Origin: Candidatus Hydrogenedentota bacterium
Lineage (GTDB): Bacteria; Hydrogenedentota; Hydrogenedentia; Hydrogenedentales; SLHB01
Direction: 5' to 3'
Assembly (NCBI GenBank): GCA_029974275.1
Contig: JARKSN010000115.1
Location: 1-25,623, forward strand
DNA: 25,623 nt
Below the pieces are notes generated by a model. That model saw only the letters and a program-made list of their open reading frames with translations. It did not search any database and had not been told where the DNA came from. Below, in pieces: positions 20,765 through 25,623 of this stretch. The position numbers were made by a program, and so were the translations under genes. Every line of letters begins with the position of its first letter. The first letter of the stretch is position 1.

Positions 20765-20794
20765 AGCTTATACTCTTAGGGCCGCTTGGTTCAA
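20765..20794 (-). promoter_or_regulatory. Putative promoter for the Gfo/Idh/MocA gene
   Basis: Minus strand TTGAAC (20794-20789), 18 nt spacer, TAAGCT (20770-20765); an alternative -10 is TATAAG at 16 nt. Confidence 0.4.
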
Positions 20795-20849
20795 AGAGAA
20801 GGAAGGCTCCGTCGAAGGCTCAAGAAGACGCGCGGCGCGAGTCGATCCG

Positions 20850-20878
20850 TTGAAAAAGGCCAGATGAATGTCCACAAT
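20850..20878 (+). promoter_or_regulatory. Putative promoter for the metallophosphoesterase
   Basis: TTGAAA (20850-20855), 17 nt spacer, CACAAT (20873-20878). Confidence 0.45.
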
Positions 20879-20935
20879 GTACGCGCCATGACGCTATTTT
20901 CGGCATTGTCGTTGGGTGAGAGGAGGAGATGCTTT

Positions 20936-21958
20936 ATGCATTCGTCGTCTGATGAGACCCGGAGAGCCTTTCTGGTCCGATGCGCGTTGGCGACGGGGGG
21001 ATACGCCTTCGCTCGGCTTGCTCGCGCCGCCGAAAGCGCCGAGCTTCCGATCGCGGCTTCGGAAACGGATGGCGCGCGCATAACGCTTCGCCGCGCAGGC
21101 GCGTTCCGCATCCTGCAAGTCACGGATATCCATTTCTATAACGGGAAAGCGCCGCGCCATGCCCCGGAGAACGCCGCCACTATCAAGACCCTCACGCAGC
21201 TCGTCGCCCAAACCCAACCCGACATGTTGATGGTGACGGGCGATTTGTGGCCCAACAACCGCGACGGCATGGGCGAACAGTACATGCGCTATGCCATCGA
21301 ACAGTTTGAGAGCCTGGGCGTGCCGTGGGGATATGTGTGGGGCAATCACGACGAACTGCCGGATTTTGCCGTGGGGCACAAGGCCTTCGCCGAAGCCAAG
21401 AATTCGTTGTACCGGGGCGCCGCGTCGGACGGGAACTACGTGATCGATGTCATGACCCAGGATGGCAAGCGGGTGTGGCAATTGGTATGCCTGAATTCCA
21501 AGGTCGAAGGTCTCGGAAGCGAGCAGCAAGCGTGGCTGCGGGCGTTGGCCGAAAGAGATCGGCAACCGGTTCACCGACTGGCCTTCTACCACATCCCGCT
21601 GAAGCAATACGATGACGTCTGGACCTCGGGCGCGGCAACGGGGTTTAAGGCGGAGAAAGTGTGTTTGGAGAAGGAGGACGGTTCGACCCTGCCGTTCCTA
21701 AAGGCCCTTGGCGTGAAAGCCGGTTTCTGCGGGCATGATCATGTGAACGACTATTCGGGCGTTGTCAACGGCGTCGAACTCGTCTATGGGCGCGCCACGG
21801 GAACCGGCGGGTATGGAATCCCCCACTTGCGCCGGGGCGGAAAACTCATCTCCCTCAGCCGTTGGACCGGCGGGTACCGGTGGGTCTCCGTCACCGAAGA
21901 CGGCAAGAAATGGCATCCTAAGCGCGGCGAACGGATCGACGAGACAAAACCCGAATAA
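20936..21958 (+). CDS. Tat-exported calcineurin-like metallophosphoesterase (Dcr2/PAP-like, 340 aa)
   Basis: Start ATG 20936 (AGGAGG at 20921-20926); twin-arginine TRRAFL signal; metal motifs TDIH, TGD, GNHD, FYHIP, GHDH. Confidence 0.9.
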   Translation: MHSSSDETRRAFLVRCALATGGYAFARLARAAESAELPIAASETDGARITLRRAGAFRILQVTDIHFYNGKAPRHAPENAATIKTLTQLVAQTQPDMLMVTGDLWPNNRDGMGEQYMRYAIEQFESLGVPWGYVWGNHDELPDFAVGHKAFAEAKNSLYRGAASDGNYVIDVMTQDGKRVWQLVCLNSKVEGLGSEQQAWLRALAERDRQPVHRLAFYHIPLKQYDDVWTSGAATGFKAEKVCLEKEDGSTLPFLKALGVKAGFCGHDHVNDYSGVVNGVELVYGRATGTGGYGIPHLRRGGKLISLSRWTGGYRWVSVTEDGKKWHPKRGERIDETKPE

Positions 21959-21998
21959 TCCTGCGCTTTCGGCGGCGCGGTCTGCGCGGCATGCCTAG

Positions 21999-24050
21999 TC
22001 AGGATTCCTCCCGCACGACTTGCTGACTTGCCTGGAGGCGTTTCTCGGCAATAACCCGGCGAACCGTCTGTACGCTGGGATCGTCGTTGGAAGGACGCAC
22101 GATGCCGCCCTTGCCGTCGGCTACGCCGATGACCCTCGCGGGGTCTTTGACGCTGTCAACAACGATGTCCCCCGCACGCCCAATCAGCCCTCCCGCAACC
22201 ACAGGGACGCCGTCCCACGTTTCGCTGCCCATGCGCCCAAACACGATGCCCCGAAGGTTGATGAGTTCCAGTGCGGTCGCCGCGAGAGTCGACCGCATGT
22301 CCACGCGCACCACCTGAATCCCGCGTTCTTCCGCGGCCATGACGGCCTCCGGCGTGAGCGAACCGATGCCCCCGTCGTAGAGGAGCGCGCCCGGACGCAT
22401 GAGCCGCACCCAGTCCGGTCCCAGGATCGGATTGCGCGGCGATACGCACGCCACGGCGTCCATCTCCGGCAGGACTTCCTCCGGATCGGCAATGCCAATC
22501 GCGAAGCCGATGAACGATGCCGCTTCGGCCACGCGTTCGAATCCCGCCGGCGCGGACGCCTCCGCCCCTGCTTCCGCGAGCAACGCCAGCAAACGGGCCG
22601 TCAACCGGGGAACGCCTCGAACGAGAATCCGTTTGCCGCGCAGACTTCCGCCCAACAACAAGGCCAAATGACGCGCCGCCGCGCGCATCCACATTTCGTT
22701 ATCGCAATACGCCAAGAGAGCCGTCTTCTTCAACGTTCCTTCGGGGATGGGGCGATCCCCCGGATCAATCAGCACGTAGTCGACGACGCCCTCCGCCCAG
22801 CGCAGAACCGATTCCAACCATTCCGGTTCGGCAAGCATGATGTTCGAAAACGCGCAGCCGAATCCTGTTTCGACGGACGGCGACACGCTGGTCGTCTCGA
22901 ACGGCGTGACCACGACATTGAGCACGCTCGTCATCGCGAATTTTCGCGCTTTTTCCCGGAGTTCGCGCACGCGCGCCCGAACGAGCCCTTCGAACGTTTC
23001 CTCGGAAGACGCGGACGCTTCGCCAAGAGAAATCCGCAAGCTTGGACGAGGCCCCTCGCGGGCAAGTTCTTCGGCCAAACCTTCGACCAATTCTATTGGC
23101 GCGTTGATGGTGTCGCGTTCGCCCAGCCGCAGGATGAGATCGCGCGGATCGACGCCTGTCCGCGCCGCCGCCGTCAAGACCCGGCCCAAGAAGGAGGAAT
23201 GGAATTTCGCGCGCCCAAATGTCACGCCCAGGCCCGATAGCCCGCGCCGTCGCAACATCGGACGAACATACGCCTCCGAAATGTCCAACAAGCCGTTCAC
23301 GTCCATGTCAGGCACGAGACCGCGTTTTTGAAGAATCGCCACGAGCGCCTCGGTGACCGTGTTGCCCTCCGAACGCCCCATTCCTTGAAGGGAAGCGTCC
23401 ACGTAATCAACGCCTGCCTCGTGGGCCGCGATCGCGTTGGCCATTGCCAGCGACAGATTGTCGTGACCGTGAAAACCTATCCGCAGCCCGCAGGCCGCCC
23501 GCGCCGCCTCGACGTACGCGCGAATGTCTTCCGGAAACATGCAGCCCGCCGAGTCCACCAGACACACAACGTCCGCGCCGGCATCTTCCGCCTGACGCGC
23601 ACACACGCCGAATTGTTCCGGAGCGACCGCATACGACTTCATCAGGTTGCACCAGACTGTCAGGCCAAGTTTCTTGGCGATCGCCACGAAAGGCTGACTG
23701 GCGGCGATTTCGGTGATGTTGGTCCCCACGCGCACAAACCCCATGCCGCAGTCCGCCGCGAGCCGCAAATCGTCTTCCGCGCCAATGCCGGGAATGAAGA
23801 ACGCGCCGAATGCCGCCGTCCGCAATACCGCCGCTGCCGCGCGCAAATATGCTTCATCGCTGCTCGCCTGGCCTTCATGCCCGGCGCGCATTGCGCCCAG
23901 ACCCAGCCCATGCGCCACCTCGATGAGCCGAATGCCCGCCGATTCCAACGCCGATGCGATAACCGCTGTATCGTCCGCCGTGAACTGAAAATCAATGGCG
24001 TACGATCCATCCCGCAACGTCGTATCGAGTATCTCGATTCCATTCGCCAT
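21999..24050 (-). CDS. 4-hydroxy-2-oxovalerate aldolase-like (DRE-TIM/HMGL-like) protein fused to an uncharacterised ~340 aa C-terminal region
   Basis: DTTLRDG, IEVAHGLGLG, LVDSAG, GFHGHDNLSLAMANA, DASLQGMGRSEGN, HSSFL (DmpG communication-domain-like); the C-terminal half has a Rossmann-like segment LRGKRILVRG. Confidence 0.85.
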   Translation of the reverse strand: MANGIEILDTTLRDGSYAIDFQFTADDTAVIASALESAGIRLIEVAHGLGLGAMRAGHEGQASSDEAYLRAAAAVLRTAAFGAFFIPGIGAEDDLRLAADCGMGFVRVGTNITEIAASQPFVAIAKKLGLTVWCNLMKSYAVAPEQFGVCARQAEDAGADVVCLVDSAGCMFPEDIRAYVEAARAACGLRIGFHGHDNLSLAMANAIAAHEAGVDYVDASLQGMGRSEGNTVTEALVAILQKRGLVPDMDVNGLLDISEAYVRPMLRRRGLSGLGVTFGRAKFHSSFLGRVLTAAARTGVDPRDLILRLGERDTINAPIELVEGLAEELAREGPRPSLRISLGEASASSEETFEGLVRARVRELREKARKFAMTSVLNVVVTPFETTSVSPSVETGFGCAFSNIMLAEPEWLESVLRWAEGVVDYVLIDPGDRPIPEGTLKKTALLAYCDNEMWMRAAARHLALLLGGSLRGKRILVRGVPRLTARLLALLAEAGAEASAPAGFERVAEAASFIGFAIGIADPEEVLPEMDAVACVSPRNPILGPDWVRLMRPGALLYDGGIGSLTPEAVMAAEERGIQVVRVDMRSTLAATALELINLRGIVFGRMGSETWDGVPVVAGGLIGRAGDIVVDSVKDPARVIGVADGKGGIVRPSNDDPSVQTVRRVIAEKRLQASQQVVREES

Positions 24051-24056
24051 GCGAAT

Positions 24057-24085
24057 AGCATAGCATCGTTCCGTTATCGTTCCAA
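24057..24085 (-). promoter_or_regulatory. Putative extended -10 promoter positioned for a leaderless aldolase mRNA
   Basis: Minus strand TTGGAA (24085-24080), 17 nt spacer, TGc-TATGCT (24062-24057), 6 nt, ATG; no SD. Confidence 0.6.
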
Positions 24086-24181
24086 GGGATCATAGGGGCG
24101 GCAGCCGAAACGATCCGCAGCGATATGCGAAAAGCGCGCTTTCTGTCGCGTTTCACCCAAAAAGTGCACCCAGCTTTTCTT

Positions 24182-24190
24182 TGGTATAAT
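24182..24190 (+). promoter_or_regulatory. Consensus extended -10 element for the last gene
   Basis: TGgTATAAT, a perfect match, in an AT-richer intergenic stretch. Confidence 0.65.
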
Positions 24191-24334
24191 AGAGGGGGCG
24201 GTCGGCGTGTTTTGCTGCATCAAGTCGGGGATAAGATTCGTGAAGGCGGCGCGGCATCGGATGCGAACGACGGCGCGCACGCAACCGGGACATTGAGGAG
24301 ACGCTTGGGGCATGCAGTACGAGGTGGGCCTATT

Positions 24335-25623
24335 GTGACGCTGGGCAATGGCGAGAAACGTCCCGTTCCATTTCCCGAGCGCCGACGATCGGTCCGTATG
24401 CCGACAGCGCGACGAGCGTCGTTTTCGGCTCGCTTGCTGGCGGGCGTCCCGCGAGAAGGGATCGCGGTTGAATTGTCCCGCGAAGGTCTCCGGATTTGCA
24501 CGCGCATGCCGTTTCCGGTCGGAACGCTCATCGACGTGGAATTGGCCCCGCGAGATGAGGCGCGCGACAGCATGCCGATCCTGGTGCGAGGGGTTGTCTC
24601 TCATGTCACGGCGGGCGCCGATCGGGAATATGCGATGGGCGTTTACCTGCGGGCCGATAGGGAATCGAAACCGCGGAAGTTTGAGCGCGGCGAAATTCGA
24701 CTTGCCATGGCCAATGCGCTAGGCCGGCTTTCCGATTCGCATTTCGAGGAAACGGTGCCGGTTGCGCTTTCGTCGAAGGAATTCCGAGCCTTCCTGTTTG
24801 ATCCGGCGCATCGCGCGCGGGACCGAAGACGGCAGATGTGGGCCGCTTTGGCGTTGTTGGCGCTTTTGTTGCTTGCCGCGTTGCTGCTGGCGATGGGAAG
24901 CCCCCTCCGTCTTTCGGGGGGCATGGCGCTTGGCTCCGATAGCCAACCAGCGGCGGCGCGCTCTTTGGCCGCTTCAGGCAAACAAGACCCGCTTATGGGA
25001 TCCTTGACGTCATGGCCTGCTTGGAACATGCCGCGACGCGACGCGAACGAAACGGATCGAGCAACGGACGCATCTGTCACGCCGAAGGACGGCATCGTTT
25101 CCGCAAACCGCACCGGCTTGTCGCAAGGATCATCCGTGACGGACATTGCGCCTCTTGTGGAAAGACCGTCGCGAACAGACAACCCGGCGGCGCCGCTATT
25201 TTCAGAACGGCTGCGGATGGCGTCGTTGTCGGAGGCCCCCGCGGCGTTTCGTCCCGCGATCGAATCCGAGGCGAATGCCTCGCGGGCGCAACGCCAAGAT
25301 TGGGTCGCGGCGGCAGCGTTGGATCGTGTGCGCCCGGCGGTTGCTGCGGAGGACCGCGAATCTGCTTCGGATGACGACGGCCAAGCCGTTGCGAGCCCCG
25401 CTTCGTGGCCAATCGCCACGGAGACGAGCGATGCCGTCGGACAGGACCTGCGGCTCGAAGTTCGCAAAAGCGCCTATCAACTCGTGGCCTACCGCGGGAC
25501 AACGCCGCTCAAGACATTTCGCGTCGGCATTGGCGCGGATGACCTGACCCCAACGGGGTCTTTCACCGTGTCGAACAAGCTCGTCAATCCCGATTGGTTC
25601 CACCGGGGACAGATCGTAACCTT
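24335..25623 (+). CDS. PilZ-like domain + TM helix + linker + L,D-transpeptidase (YkuD) domain; 3'-truncated by the window end
   Basis: Not in the ORF track because it has no stop. Manual translation is open from GTG 24335 (GAGGTGG SD) to the end: ERRRSVR...ELSREGLRI...GVYLR; TM WAALALLALLLLAALLLAMG; then LRLEVRKSAYQLVAYRGTTPLKTFRVGIGADDLTPTGSFTVSNKLVNPDW. The frame is also open upstream to ATG 24125. Confidence 0.85.
   Translation, partial: MTLGNGEKRPVPFPERRRSVRMPTARRASFSARLLAGVPREGIAVELSREGLRICTRMPFPVGTLIDVELAPRDEARDSMPILVRGVVSHVTAGADREYAMGVYLRADRESKPRKFERGEIRLAMANALGRLSDSHFEETVPVALSSKEFRAFLFDPAHRARDRRRQMWAALALLALLLLAALLLAMGSPLRLSGGMALGSDSQPAAARSLAASGKQDPLMGSLTSWPAWNMPRRDANETDRATDASVTPKDGIVSANRTGLSQGSSVTDIAPLVERPSRTDNPAAPLFSERLRMASLSEAPAAFRPAIESEANASRAQRQDWVAAAALDRVRPAVAAEDRESASDDDGQAVASPASWPIATETSDAVGQDLRLEVRKSAYQLVAYRGTTPLKTFRVGIGADDLTPTGSFTVSNKLVNPDWFHRGQIVT

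Noticed and set aside
21999..24050. Calling the aldolase dmpG/mhpE of aromatic meta-cleavage
   Set aside because: No partner dehydrogenase or pathway genes, His-to-Tyr change in the DGSH motif, and twice the normal length.

Overview
GC-rich bacterial chromosomal segment, probably a contig fragment, since the first ~125 nt look degraded. It carries 17 supportable protein genes, and I see no rRNA, tRNA, CRISPR array or mobile element. Left: carbohydrate-active genes (DUF4838 protein, GH172/DUF2961, GH2 beta-galactosidase, Fe-S aldo/keto reductase, secreted GH-like protein). Middle: nucleotide-sugar and surface-glycan genes (UDP-HexNAc 6-dehydrogenase, DegT aminotransferase, WcaJ-like sugar transferase, HddA-like kinase) wrapped around pyrR-pyrB, with no pyrC. 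Right: GH20 lipoprotein, Gfo/Idh/MocA oxidoreductase, Tat-exported metallophosphoesterase and a DmpG-like aldolase fused to an extra ~340 aa region. The last gene is missing from the ORF track because it runs off the end; it reads as PilZ-like domain + TM helix + linker + L,D-transpeptidase (YkuD). Best leads: (1) that PilZ-TM-LDT fusion, a possible direct c-di-GMP link to peptidoglycan remodelling; (2) a phosphoglycosyl transferase lacking all its catalytic motifs; (3) a pyr leader with a terminator and mini-ORF but no canonical PyrR loop, ahead of a PyrR with an eroded RNA-binding face; (4) the fused, probably leaderless aldolase. All family calls come from motif recognition by eye; no searches were run.
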